From positions 188,978,001 to 189,042,000 of the forward strand of contig NC_086097.1 of the NCBI RefSeq assembly GCF_963921235.1: DNA of 64,000 nucleotides. Reading direction: 5' to 3'. This DNA is from Mobula hypostoma (lineage: Eukaryota). Of this stretch, positions 13,707-26,584 are shown one piece after another (position 1 is the stretch's first letter; each line of letters starts with the position of its first letter). Position numbers and translations under genes: made by a program. The notes under the pieces are model-generated. The model was not told where the DNA came from and made no database searches. It was given only the letters and a program-made list of their open reading frames with translations.

Positions 13707-16700
13707 CAACACAAGAGATTCTGCAGATGCTGGAAATCAGGCTGAGATCCTTCTTTAGGAATGGAAAGGAAGGAGCAAGATGCCATAATAAAAAGATTGG
13801 GGGAAGGAGGATAGCTAGAAAGATGAAGCCAGGTGAGTAGGAAAAGTATAGGGCTGAAGGGGAAGGAATCTGATGGGAGAGGAGAGTGGACAAAGGGAAG
13901 GAGGAGGGAACCCAAGGGGTGGAGATAAGCAGGTGAGAAGAGGTAAGAGGCCAGAGTAGCAAATAGAAGTAGAGGGTAGGGGGAGGAAATTTTTTTTTTA
14001 AACTTGAAGGAGAAATCGATATTCATACCATCAGGTTGGAGGCTACCCAGACGGAATATAAGGTGTTGCTCCTCCACCTTGAGGATGGCCTCATCTTGGC
14101 ACAAGAGAAAGCCATGGACTGACATGCCGGAATGGGAATGCCAATCGAAGTTAAAAAGTTCTGCTTTTGGCAGATGGAGTGAAGGTGTTAGACAAAGTGG
14201 TCCTCCAATATACTATGGGTCTCACCAATGTAGAAGAGGCCATATTGGGAGCACTGGTCACAATAAATGACACTAGCGGATTTACAGGTGAAGTGTGCTT
14301 CACCTGGGAGGACTGTTTGGGGCCCTGCATGGAGGTGATGGAGGAGGAGAATGGGCAGGTGTAGCACCTTGGCCACTTGCAGGTATAAATGCTGGGAGGG
14401 AGATTAGTGGGGAGGGACGAATGGAGAAGGAAATCTCAGAGGATGTGATCGCTGTGAAGAGTAGAGAGTGGGGGGAAGCAAAGGTGAATTTGGTGGTACA
14501 ATTCCTTTGGAGATGGCGGACGCTGTGGAGAATGATCTGTTGAATGCAGAGACTCATGGGATGGTAGGTAAGGACAAGAGGAACTCTATCACTGTTAAGG
14601 TGGCATGAAAATGGAGTGAGCACAGATGTATGGGAAATGGAGGTGATGCAGGACAGAGCAGCATCAATAGTGGAGGAAGGAAACCACATTCTCCATGCTC
14701 ACTTCTAACCAAGATCCACAAACCTGACTCTCTGGGTAGGCCCATTGTCTCTGCCTGCTCCAACCCACTGAACTCATGTCTTCATACCTTGATTCCATTC
14801 TATTCCCCTTGATTCAGTCCCTTACCATCTACATCGGCAACACTTCTCATGTTCTTGATCTCCTGACTAACTTTCAATTCCCTGGCGCAGACCGCCAAAT
14901 TTTTTCTTTGGACATCAAGTGCCTATATACTTCCACCCACTCCATCAAGAAGGCCTTAATGCTCTCTGCTTTTTTCTGAATAAAAGAACCAACTGCATTT
15001 CCCTTCCACCACCACCCAGCCCTGTCTGGCAAGACCGGTGCTCAACCTCAACAATTTTTCATTCTGTTCCTCCCATTTCCTTCAGACTTGAGGAGCAGCC
15101 ATGGGCTCCCACATGGACCCCAGCTATGCCTGCCTTTTTGTTGGTTATGTAGAACAGTCTATGTTCCAAGCCTTCCCCAGTAATGCTCCTCAACTCTTCC
15201 TGCGCTACACTGAAGACCACATTGATGCTGCTTCATGCACCCATGCAGAACTCATCAATTTCATCAACCTAGCCTCCAACTTCCACCCTTTCTTTAAATT
15301 TATTCGGTCCATTTCTGACACCTCCTTCCCCTTTCTCGACCTTTCCGTCTTCACCTCTGGAGACAAACTGTCCAATAACATCTCTTAAAAACTTACTGAA
15401 TCTCATATTTATCTTGATAATATATCTTCGCACCCTGTCTCTTGTAAAAATACTATTCCCTTTTATTCAGTTCCTTCTAAACCTATCACTTCCCATGGTT
15501 ACCTTGATAATACCTCTTCCCAACCTGTCTCCTGTAAAAATGCTATTCTCTATTCTCAGTTCCTTCAATCTCTGCCACATCTGTTCCCAGGATGAGTCTT
15601 TCCTTTCCAGGACATCAGAGATGTCCTCCTTCTTCAAAGAACAGGGTTTACCTTCCTCCACTATTGATGCTGCACTCACCCACATCTCCTCCATTTCCCA
15701 GACATTCGCAGTCACCCGACCTTCCTGCCACGTTAACAATGATACAGTTCCTCTTGTCCTTACCCCTCATGAGCCTCCACATCCAACACATCATTTTTCT
15801 CAACTTCTGATATCTCCAAAGGTATCCTACCACCAAGCATATATTTACGCCTACCCCTCTTTGCTTTCCACAGGGATCACTCCCTCTGTGATTTGCCCCT
15901 CCCCACTAATCTCCCTCCTGGCACTTATCCCTGCAAGTGGCCAAAGTGCTACCTGCCCATTCACCTCCATTCAGGGCCCCAAACATTTCAGGTGAAGTGT
16001 TTCAGGCAACACTTCACCTGAAATCTGCTGGGGTCATCTATTGTGTCTGGAGCTCCTGATACAGTCTCCTCTATGTTGGTGAGACCTACCGTAAATCGGG
16101 GGACCTCTTCATTGAGCGCCTTTGCTCTATTCACCAAAAATGGAACTTCCCAATGGTCAAACATTTTAATTCTGATTTCAATCCCAACAAGGCAGTCCAT
16201 GGCTTCCTCTTGCGAAACAATGAGGCCACCCTCAGAGTGGAGGAGCAACACATTATACTCCACCCTGATGGCGTGAGTATCGATTTCTATTTTTGATTAA
16301 AAAAATTTCCCAGCCCCCCCCTTCTCTTGCACAATCTGACCTCTTACCTCTCCTCACCTGCCTATCACCTGCTCATGGGTCCCCTCCTCCTTCCCTTTCT
16401 CCTATGGTCAACTCTTCAAGTCAAGTCACTTTTTATTGTCATTTTGACCATAAACTGCTGGTACAGTACACAGTAAAAACGAAACAACGTTCCTGCAGGC
16501 CCATGGTGCTACATGAAACAATACAAAACTACACTAGACTAAGTGAGACAACACAAGGCTACACTAGACTACAGACCTACCCAGGACTACATAAAGTGCA
16601 CAAAACAGTGCAGGGCAGTACAATAATTAATAAACAAGACAATAGGCACAGTAGAGGACAAATTACAATATAATAATAAATAATGTAGATGTCAGTCTAG

Positions 16701-17769
16701 TTTCTGGGTATTAAGGAGTCTGATGGCTTGGGGGAAGAAACTGTTGCACAGTCTGGTCGTGAGAGCCCGAATGCTTCGGTACCTTTTGCCAGATGGCAGG
16801 AGGGAGAAGAGTTTATATGAAGGGTGCGTGGGGTCCTTCACAATGCTGCTGGCTTTACAGGTGCAGCATGTAATGTAAATGTCTGTAATGGCGGGAAGAG
16901 AGACCCTGATGATCTTCTCAGCTGACCTCACTATCCGCTGCGGGGTCTTGTGATCTGAGATGGTGCAATTCCGAAACCAGGCAGTGATGCAGCTGCTCAG
17001 GATGCTCTCGATACAGCCTCTGTAGAACATGGTGAGGATGGGGTGTGGGAAATGGACTTTTCTCAGCCTTCGCAGAAAGTAGAGACACTGCTGTGCTTTC
17101 TTGGCTATGGAGCTAGTGTTGAGGGGCCAGGTGAGATTCTCTGCCAGGTGAACACCAAGAAATTTGGTGCTCTTAATAATCTCAATAGAGGAGCTGTCAA
17201 TGTTCAGAGGAGAGTGGGCGCTCTGTGCTCTCCTAAAGTCATCAACCATCTGTTTTGTTTTGTTCACATTCAGAGACAGCTTGTTGGCTCTGCACCAGTC
17301 TGTTAGCCGCTGCATCTCCTTTCTGTATGCTGACTCGTCGTTCTTGCTGATAAGACCCACCATGGTCGGGTCATCACCGAACTTGATGTGATTCGAGCTG
17401 TGTATTGCTGCACAGTCGTGGGTCAGCAGTGAACAGCAGTGGACTGAGCACACAGCCCTGGGCAGCCCCCATGCTCAGTGTGATGCTGTTGGAGATGCTG
17501 CTCCCAATCCAGACTGACTGAGGTCTCCCAGTCAGGAAGTCATGTTTCCAATCAGATTTCTTCCTCTTCAGCCCTTTACCTTTCCTACCCACCTGGCTTC
17601 ACTTATCACCTTTCAGCTATCCTCCTTCCCTTCCTCTCGCCTTTTTATTCTGGCAACTTCCAACTTCCTTTCCATTCCAGAAGAAAGGTCTTGGTTTCAA
17701 ACGTCAACTGTTTATTCATTTCCATAGATGCTGCCAGACCTGCCGAGTTCCTCCAGCATTTTGTGGGTG
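13707..17769. mobile_element. Older Penelope-like element (Neptune-type) in head-to-head arrangement: minus arm 13707-~14690, plus arm ~14690-17769, interrupted by a Rex1 LINE
   Basis: PLE RT remnants (SSYLDSIL, SLDIKCLYTS, MGSHMDPSYACLFVG, FLRYTED) and GIY-YIG remnants (LFYIGET, EEQHLIFRLGSLQPDGMNIDFS). Exact 13-bp TSD tgactaacataat at 13694-13706 and 17770-17782. Confidence 0.88.
16416..17541 (-). mobile_element. 5'-truncated Rex1/Babar LINE nested in the Penelope element
   Basis: ORF 16692..17453 ([37 protein letters not shown]) and [13 protein letters not shown]; (GACTT)n tail seen as tcaagtcaagtc. Confidence 0.92.
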
Positions 17770-18674
17770 TGACTAACATAATAATTCGGTATGTGCCGTG
17801 GTCCATTTGGCAGAAACCTATACTGGAGCGTGGGGTGAGATCAAATCCATATGATCTAAATTTACACAGCAAAATTTAATTCAATAATTGAACATGCATT
17901 TTTGTGGACTTGATAAGATGAAATTGTCTGCTCAAAATAGTTTTGTGTTTTTTACAAGAAGGAATACCTTTCATTTTACATGTAGGCTAGATATTTTCTA
18001 GAATAGCTAAAGAATGTGCAAGCTGAATGTAAAAGAACTATGCTTTTACACATTCACTAAAACGTAACCTTGTGCTACACGCAAATTTTGGCCCAATTGA
18101 AAAGTTTCTTGAAAAGCAGAGTCTGAAACTGGGTCACTTTGAGTTCAGTGTGATTGACTGACAAATTGTTTGCCATGAAAATGCATTGAAAACAATCTGT
18201 ACTGTTTTCAAAGTGAAAGAGGTCAATGAAAGAAATGTGCTTTGAATATTATTTTAGTTTCTAACAGTAAAAAAATGTTGAAAAGCATGGAGAAAGGCTG
18301 CAAGAAGCCTTACTCTTGTTACTACAGCATAACCATCTCTGCCTCATATTGCAAGTGATAATAATTCAATGCAAAAGGTGAAACTGACAATGAAAGGAGT
18401 ATGAATATAAATTGTTGTTGCTATGGCAATTGCTGCCCTGCCAGATAGAATTTTATACACATTGCCAAGTGCCTTTGTGGAACTTTTGTTTATTCTAAGA
18501 AAACAACTTTTCTCTTTGCAGCTTCTGAAATAATCTTTAGGATTACGAAACATGCTTTCCATTATTTTGCGGATACTTTGAGTTGTGGAACAGAGTTGTG
18601 TCAAGATCATATTGATAGTTAACTTGTCTCTGACTACCACGTTAAAATGAGAAGTTAATTCATCCTTCTGATCT

Positions 18675-19487
18675 CCCTCTTGGCGCTCTTCCATGCAAGT
18701 GGAACAAGTGTTACATCTCCTCCCTCACAACCATTTAGGGCCCCAAGTGGTCCTTCCAGGGGAAGCGACACTTCACCTGTTGGGATCGTCTGTTGTATCT
18801 GGTGCTCCCAGTGTACCTACTGTATATCAGCGAGACCCGACGTAGATTGGGAGACCACTTTGCTGAGCACCTACGCTCCGTGCGCCAGAAAAAGCGGGAT
18901 CTCCCAGTTGCCACCCATCTTATTTCTACTTCCCATTCCCATTCCGGAACGTCAGTCTATGGCCTCCTCTGCTGTCGCAATGAGACCACACTCAGGTTGG
19001 AGGAGCAACCATCTGGGTAGCCTCCAACCTGATTGCATGAACGCTGATTTCTCAAACTTCCAGTAGTGCCCCTCCCCACTTCACCATTCCCCATTCCCAT
19101 TCTCCTCTATCACCTTATCTCCTTTCCTGCCTATCACCTCCCTCTGGTGCTTCTCCCCTTTTCTTTCTTCAATGACCTTCAGTCCTCTCCTACTAGATTT
19201 CCCCTTCTCCAGCCCTGTACCTCTTTCACTAATCAATTTCCCAGTTCTTTACTTCATCCCTCCCCAACTCCCGGATTCACCTATCACCTTGTGGTTCTTC
19301 CTCCCCTCCCCCCCCCCAACCTTTTCTTAATCTGACTCCTCATCTTTTTATCCAGTCCTGATCAAGGGTTTCGACCCAAAACGTCGACTGTACTCTTTTC
19401 CATAGATGCCGCCTGGCCTGCTGATTTCCTCCAGCAGTTTGTGTATGTTGCTTGGATTTCCAGCACCTGCAGATTTTCTCTTGTTTG
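18675..19487 (+). mobile_element. Penelope-like element 3' part (GIY-YIG remnant, pseudo-LTR, degenerate hammerhead at 19353-19390)
   Basis: YISETRRRLGDHFAEHLRSVRQKK and LGSLQPDCMNADFSNF; ends with the tail ccagcacctgcagattttctcttgtttg. Confidence 0.88.
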
Positions 19488-19540
19488 TCAATTTGTTTGT
19501 GACGACCACATTAAAAATAAACTTAAGGAATTATACACAA

Positions 19541-20670
19541 GTTGGACAATCCACACCAGGGGAATGCGAGAAGAGCTACTTTTTAATCAGAACGGTGATT
19601 GAGATTTTGAAGACAAAGCTTTGTGGCTGTTTTTCTGAGACGAGGAGCGACCAATCAGCAAGCGGCTGTGTGTGAAAAGAGCTACCTTTCCATCAGGTCT
19701 GCATTCAAGATTTAAAAAGCAGAGCTTTGAGTCAGTTTTCTCTGAGCTGGGCAATCCACATCAAGGGTGGGTGAGAAGAGCTACTATTTAATCGGAGTAG
19801 TGATCCAGATTTTGAAGGCAGAGTTTTGGGGCAGTTTCTCTGAATTGAGAAACAACCAATCAGCAAGTGGAATTCTCTAGAAAGGGCCAATAAAAATAGC
19901 ACCACTGTAAGTAGAGCGGCTGTTCATTTGGAGTGTGCCAGTGTTTAGACTGGCTTTGGCTCATCAGAGTTAGATGAGATCAAGTTTGGGAGAGGTAGAT
20001 CGTCTTGTAAGTTTCTCTCCCTCTGACCTTAATTGTTCATTCCTCATCAGTTAGGGCAAAGCACTTTAGTGAGAATGGCTCCAGGGGCAGTGTTTTGTAT
20101 TGTGTGTGGAATGTGGGAAGTCAGGGAGACCTGCAGTCTCCCAGATAAACACATCTGCACCAGGTGCACTGAGTTGCAGCTCCTGAGAGAATGTGTTAAC
20201 GAACTGGAGCTGCAACTTGATGACCTTTAACTCATACAGGGAGACAGTCACCTCCAGGTTGCAGGAGACAGATAACTGGGTGACTATCAGGAGAAGGAGG
20301 GGAAATACACAACCAGTGCAGAGTAAACCTGTGGCCATTCCCCTCAATAATAAGTATATCACTTCAGATACTATTGAGGGGGATGAGATACCAGGGGTAG
20401 CCATAGTGACCAGGTCTCTGACACTGAGTTTGGTGCTCTGCATCAGAAGAAGAGAGGTGAAGAGCACTGCAGTGGAGATTTCTTAGTCAGAGGATCAGAT
20501 ACTAGCTTCCGTGGGCACCATAAAGACATCTGGATGGTATATTGCCTCCCTGATGCCAGAATCAGGGATGTCTCAGATCAGGTCCCTGGCATTCTCAGGG
20601 TCAAAGATGAGCAGCCAGAGGTCTTGGTGCATATTGGCACCAATGGCATACGTAGACAAGGTGAAGAGGT
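19541..20670 (+). mobile_element. CR1 5' UTR plus ORF1 remnant (zinc finger/leucine zipper and SGNH esterase)
   Basis: CIVCGMWE...CTRCTELQLLRECVNELELQLDDL (20033..20230) and VYCLPDARIRDVS...PEVLVHIGTN (20534..). Duplicated CCAAT-containing upstream block. Confidence 0.85.
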
Positions 20671-21823
20671 GAATAATAACATTTTTAATATAACTATTTT
20701 AATATTTAGTGATGCTGACATAATTAGCTAATTTCATAGAGCACTTCCTCTCAAAATTATAATGATCCATCCAGCTTAAATTCTGGAACCATGCTCAGCC
20801 TTTAACATTCTTTTTGGTCCTACTTCATTCTGCTGTACGCTCACGATAATACTCAACCCCGCCCTCCATGTCTTGCATTCCAGAAGGTAGTTGTTCTTGC
20901 CCAGTTTTTTCAGAATCTATTAGACAGTACCAGAATGCCCATTTAACAGATGGATAAATTTGAGATTGGGCCTCAAAATTATCGGGGCTATTTTGTCTCC
21001 CAGTTACATGGCTGACTGGCACGCTCCACTGATCAGCCATGCTGAAGTCAAGTCAGACCAATGTACCTGCTGACAATGTGCTAACCAGTTACATCTGTTG
21101 AACCATCCTTTATCACCTCATGTGACAGCTCTTTGTAATTTCATTAATACACAACCTGAACTCAGTCAAGTTAAAGAAATATTTCACACAAACACCATTA
21201 AACGTGAAATGTGCGAGCACAGTGATTTTCATTAGTTCTTAAAATTAGTCCCGAAGGAACCAGATTTCTTGATATGTATTATACGTGAAAAGAAATTGGA
21301 CCCTAATGGCTATATAATTATACAAAGAGCAATTGGATTTTAACAGAGCTCTTTCCAATCTGTCATGAGAGCAATCTGATAACAGTTTGAGAATCAGCGG
21401 GTGCTTCCAACTCACAGAATGTACCTTCTGTCAAACAATGTCAAACACTGCGCTAAAGATAATAACAAAAAAATGAATGCAAACTTTCACAGGAAAAGTG
21501 ATGCTGTAGCACAGTAAGTATGCAGGGAAGTTCCTTGTATTGACAACTTCTCTACTGATGTAATTTCAGTGAAGGTCATGCAGTAAGCTCAATTAGAAAA
21601 ACAAATTGGGGAACAACTATTTTCATTCAAGTGACATTGCTGAAATAGAGGCAGGCTGAGGAACTTACCATACTTCTGAGGAAATATTTACAGTTAACAT
21701 GTGATGTTAATCTCCATTCTAAGTATTAATTTATGTACTGTACAGTAGAATTAGAGTGATATTTTAACCCAAGGTTATCTTTCTCTCATTTTATCATGTA
21801 AGTAGTTTATAAATCTCATTATA

Positions 21824-22339
21824 CCCACAGTGACTCCTTTATTAGGTACTCCTGTACACCTGGCCATTAATGCAAATATCTAATCAGCTAATCATGTGAC
21901 AGCATCCCAATGCATGAAAGCATGCAGACATGGTCAAGAGGTTCAGTTGTTCAGACCAAACATCGTGATCAAAGAGACTTTGATTGTGGAATGATTGTTG
22001 GTGCCAGACAAGTTGGTTTGAGTATTTCAATAACTACTGATCTGGGATTTTCATGCACAGCAGTCTCTAGGGTTACAGAGAATGGTGCAATAACAAAAAA
22101 AGAAATATCTGGTAAGTGGCAGTTCTGTGGACAAAAATGCCTTGTAATGAGAGATATCAGAGGAGAATGGCAAGACTGGTTCAAGGTGACAGGAAGGAGA
22201 CAGTACCTCAAATGACCACACATTACAACAGTGGTGTGCAGAGGAGCATCTCTGAACACACAACATATCAAACCATCAGGTGGATGGGCTACAGCAGCCA
22301 AAGACCACAGACACACACTCAGTGGCCATTTATTAGGTA
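21824..22339 (+). mobile_element. Non-autonomous Tc1/mariner remnant
   Basis: Starts TA-cccacagtgactcctttattaggtac. Encodes decayed Tc1 HTH pieces (DFDCGMIVGARQVGLSI; ERYQRRMARLV...HYNSGVQRSISEHTT). Confidence 0.85.
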
Positions 22340-23290
22340 TATAATAAAATGTATAGCTAGAAAATTATATAATATTTATGATATTGGAAAATGATTTAAT
22401 TTCTCTTTCAGGATCACAATTGCAAAAAATTTGCAAATCATTAGATTGAAAGTTCAAATTCCATTTCATGTAGTGCTCCAAGTATCTCGATGTACAGTAG
22501 ATCTCTACCAGTTTCAGTGCATCTAATGAAGACTACTACAAATAATTCTTCTTTTTCAGGTAATCAACAGGTGTCGTTGCCAACCCCTCCACAAAACTAA
22601 AATAGTCTTGATCGTTCAGTCCGGGATAACTACAACCTGCCTTCACCACCCCTTTACCATCCAAATTGAGATACATTGTCCATCTTTCCCACAATTCCAT
22701 ATTTGAAGCTGAATTTGTTCAGTCAGGTTTTATACCTACAACTGTACCTTTGTGGCATGAATTATTTTGTAAATGCCATTTTCTTGGTTATGTCTGAGCT
22801 CTTTGCAATTATTTGTTATGGTTGATTGCACCTTCTAGTATGATATTGGAACAAAGGGATAAAGAATTGACCTTTCAACATGGAATACAACAAGAAAATG
22901 CTCGAAGCACTCAGCAAACTAGGCAGAATAAACAGAAAGAAAAAATGCTTCAGCTCAAAGACACTTTCTCAGAACTAGAAAAGTGAGCTACGCAAGCTAT
23001 CTTATGTATTTTATTTGGTGTGGTTTGTATTATTTTGTTCTTTATCTTTTGTGGTTTTCTTGTGCTGCATCAGATCTGAAATAACAATGATTTCATTCTT
23101 CTTTACACTATGTACAAGAAATGACTATAAACAACTTTGAATCTTGAATTGCAATTGCAAGGGTTGAAATGCTCTTTTAGGTGGAGACCAGCAGTGTCTA
23201 TAAAATAGCTTGATCCAGTAAAAAGCAAAGAGAGAAAATGAAGATTTGTATAAGAGAACATGATAGATGCTGATAATTAGTAATCAACTT

Positions 23291-23940
23291 AGTCATAGTC
23301 ATACCTTATTGATCTCAGGGGAAATTGGTTTTCGTTACAGTTGCACCATAAATAATTAAATAGTAATAAAACCATAAATAATTAAATAGTAATATGTAAA
23401 TTATGCCGGTAAATTATGAAATAAGTCCAGGACCAGCCTATTGGCTCAGGGTGTCTGACCCTCCAAGGGAGGAGTTGTAAAGTTTGATGGCCACAGGCAG
23501 GAATGACTTCCTATGATGCTCTGTGTTGCATCTTGGTAGAATGAGTCTCTGGCTGAATGTACTCATATACCCACCCAGTACATTATGTAGTGGATGGGAG
23601 ACATTGTCCAAGATGGCATGCAACTTGGACAGCATCCTCTTTTCAGTCACCACCGTAAGAGAGTCCAGTTCCATCCCCACAACATCACTGGCCTTACGAA
23701 TGAGTTTGTTGATTCTGTTGGTGTCTGCTACCCTCAGCCTGCTGCCCCAGCACACAACAGCAAACATGATAGCACTGGCCACCACAGACTCGTAGAACAT
23801 CCTCAGCATCGTCCGGCAGATGTTAAAGGACCTCAATCTCCTCAGGAAATAGCGACGGCTCTGACCCTTCTTGTAGACAGCCTCAGTGTTCTTTAACCAG
23901 TCCAGTTTATCGTCAATTCGTATCCCCAGGTATTTGTAAT
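23291..23940 (-). mobile_element. Rex1/Babar LINE 3' fragment (second family)
   Basis: ORF 23438..24052 YKYLGIRIDDKLDW...YFLRRLRSFNIC...KSFLPVAIKLYNSS; (GACTAT)n tail. Confidence 0.9.
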
Positions 23941-25284
23941 TACTTTTTATAATAATATTGAACTTTGAAGTTATTGTCCAGAGATATAACAATCCACAAA
24001 TACAAATATTGTTTTTATAAAAGCCAGAACGGTTATTAGACAGCCTAGACATCTTTTATAGATGTCTATAGAGTGCTGAATTCAGAATCTCACTTTATTT
24101 TCATAAAATGGATGCAGCTCAATTCAGATTTAACCCCAAAACAGCCAAAATTAGAGGTCAGGACAATCTCAGTGGCACAATTAATATATTTTCTGCATGA
24201 CATGTGATTTAAAATGAGGCTCTGCCACTTGTTAGACCATAGGTAATTATTACACTTGAAGTATTACTTACCAAGCACCAACTCAAATCTCAGTGAGGAT
24301 GTTGTTTTAGGTATCCATGGAGCTACCACACTCTAAAATTAATTATTTTGTTCAATAACATCACACTGTACTGTACTACAAATTATTACTTCTGTGGAAA
24401 TCCAGATCAAGTTGCTCATGTTATGGGATTCATCCTCCATATACACTTATTAGCTGGTTAATTAGGACCACTGTGCTTTGTATATCTGAGTTGTCCTCAT
24501 CTGTCTATCTTCAAATGTCCACCAGGGAATCATTTGAGAATGGTTCTAAAGACTTGTATTCTCAGGTACAGTGCAGTAGTGTGTTGCCAGTGGCCTTGAG
24601 GCTGCTTGCAAAATAAAAACAGGGTTTGTTTTAGGTTTTGAAATGTGTCACAGCAAATACTGTTAATGATCTTTTGGATAGTCATACAGGATTTGAGGTG
24701 CTTAAAGACTTATGTCTCCCCCTCTCCTGCCAATATAAACACAGGACACCTTTGGCCCTCCATTCATGACTGTCTTTTTGCGAACCAAAAAATGATGCAA
24801 AAAATTAAGTAATAATTTTTCATTATTTACATATAATTAAAATTACTTTTGTGTGGATTTATAAATGTGTGATATCTAAAAACAATTGACTTTGCCTGAG
24901 TAAACTCATAATAAGTCAATATTAACCAAAATTTCTCTTTCAGTATACAATGGGCAACCATGGGACTCTATAACGCATTTTTGAAAAAAGCTGTGGGTTT
25001 TAATGAAATTCTAAGGAAGCTTTTTATACAAACCCAAGCGTCTGAAACTTGGTGGTAAATTTATCAACCGGATTCAACACATAGGTTGCAACAATTATGC
25101 TAGTATGTCTGCTTCTGGCCCCAACACTCTTTGAAAAGTGGTACACCTCAGAATCGTTGTTGAAGAAAGCTCCAATGATCTTACTTTCAGAATGTCATTA
25201 AACTTAGACATTTGCTCAGTTTAACTGCCTTACTAATGACTGACGAGTAAATACGTCTAAATCAAGCAGTTCATGGTCTTGCAG

Positions 25285-25630
25285 CAGGCAAACAGGATGA
25301 AGATGTAAAGTGCAGTATCCTTCAAGAGGGTGAACCCTCGCAAGGTGTCAGGCCCCAGGTGTACCTGGAAAGATGGTGAAAACCTGTGCCAAGCAACTAG
25401 TGGGAGAGTTCAAGGATATCTTCAGCCTCCCCTGCTGGGTCAGAGCTTGCCAACTGTTTCAAAAGGGCATCTTTCACATTGGTGCAGAGTGAGCTGCCTC
25501 AACAAACATTTACATAGAATTTTGTACTATTTATTTACTTAATTGTATCTTAAATTAATTAGTTATGCTGTCAGAAATGTCACGACTAATGTCAGTGACA
25601 ATAAACTTGATTTTGATTCTGACTCTGATC
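25285..25630 (+). mobile_element. Highly deleted Rex1/Babar remnant
   Basis: gatgaagatgtaaag...gtgaaccctcgcaagg...aaaacctgtgccaagcaact, plus 3' tail aataaacttgattttgattctgactctga. Confidence 0.55.
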
Positions 25631-26444
25631 TCATTTTATAATACAAATTTCTTTGTTGTGCTGTCATCATCTAAAGTCAAAGAGTGAGTAATATTTAAAG
25701 CCGAAGTACAGTCTGCAGAAGATATTTAGATCAGAGTGATCATCTGTACACTTTGGTGAAGCTCAGGAGTCAAAATTAGAAAGAAGAATAAATAAGTGGA
25801 AGTCATGGTTACAATTAATGGTTAAAACTGTGCAAAATATAGAGTCCAAAGACCAATTCCATCTACAATGTTTTGTTGTATTTTCTATCAAGTAAACTTT
25901 GTGAGCTTCACTTAACATCTGCCATCAGATTATCTGTTACTGTATGTTTCTAATTTCACTTACTTTATCACCATTCACTCAGTCTTGCTAAATTTGCAGA
26001 ATAATTTTTGGTTGTGCTGTTCTGTTAAGCTTGTCTAGTTTTACCCTTATGGAACAAGTTCAGCCAACTCCAGTGGATAGGTGGAAGAGACAATGTTTTC
26101 TGACATTTCTGCTAGCTCATTTGAGATGCAGCTCGGATTGGAGGGGAGGAGGAGTGAAACATGAAGGAATACTGCATTCCAATTTACTTGCAAAGAGGAA
26201 GAAATTCTGGCCTACTTAACATATATTAGTTCAATATTTTTAAAGCACATCTTTCTCAATATTTCTCAACTAGTTTTATGCTAATTTATGAAGCATGTTG
26301 GTACAGTTAAAGCTCCAGATCGCTGAACATGGTTATGCCTACAAATTGCATTAATGAAATTCAGTTTCTTATTAGAAACCAAATAAGTATATTAGAACGG
26401 TCATTTCAAGTAACTTAGCATATTAGTTCACACAGTGACATAAG

Positions 26445-26524
26445 CAGGGGTTCCCAACCTTTTTTATGCCATAGACCCCTACCATTAACTGAGGGATCAG
26501 TGGACACCAGTTTGGGAACGCCTG
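26445..26524. mobile_element. ~80-bp hAT-type MITE
   Basis: Terminal inverted repeats caggggttcccaa / ttgggaacgcctg; the 8-bp TSD is not preserved. Confidence 0.65.
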
Positions 26525-26584
26525 AGATAGTGGAAAAAGATGGTGAATGAATTGTCCTAAATTCAAAAAATTTATGGTTACGGA

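Noticed and set aside
18344..18694. 116-aa minus-strand ORF as a host exon
   Set aside because: No recognisable domain, it starts at the edge of a Penelope fragment, and there are no convincing splice signals.
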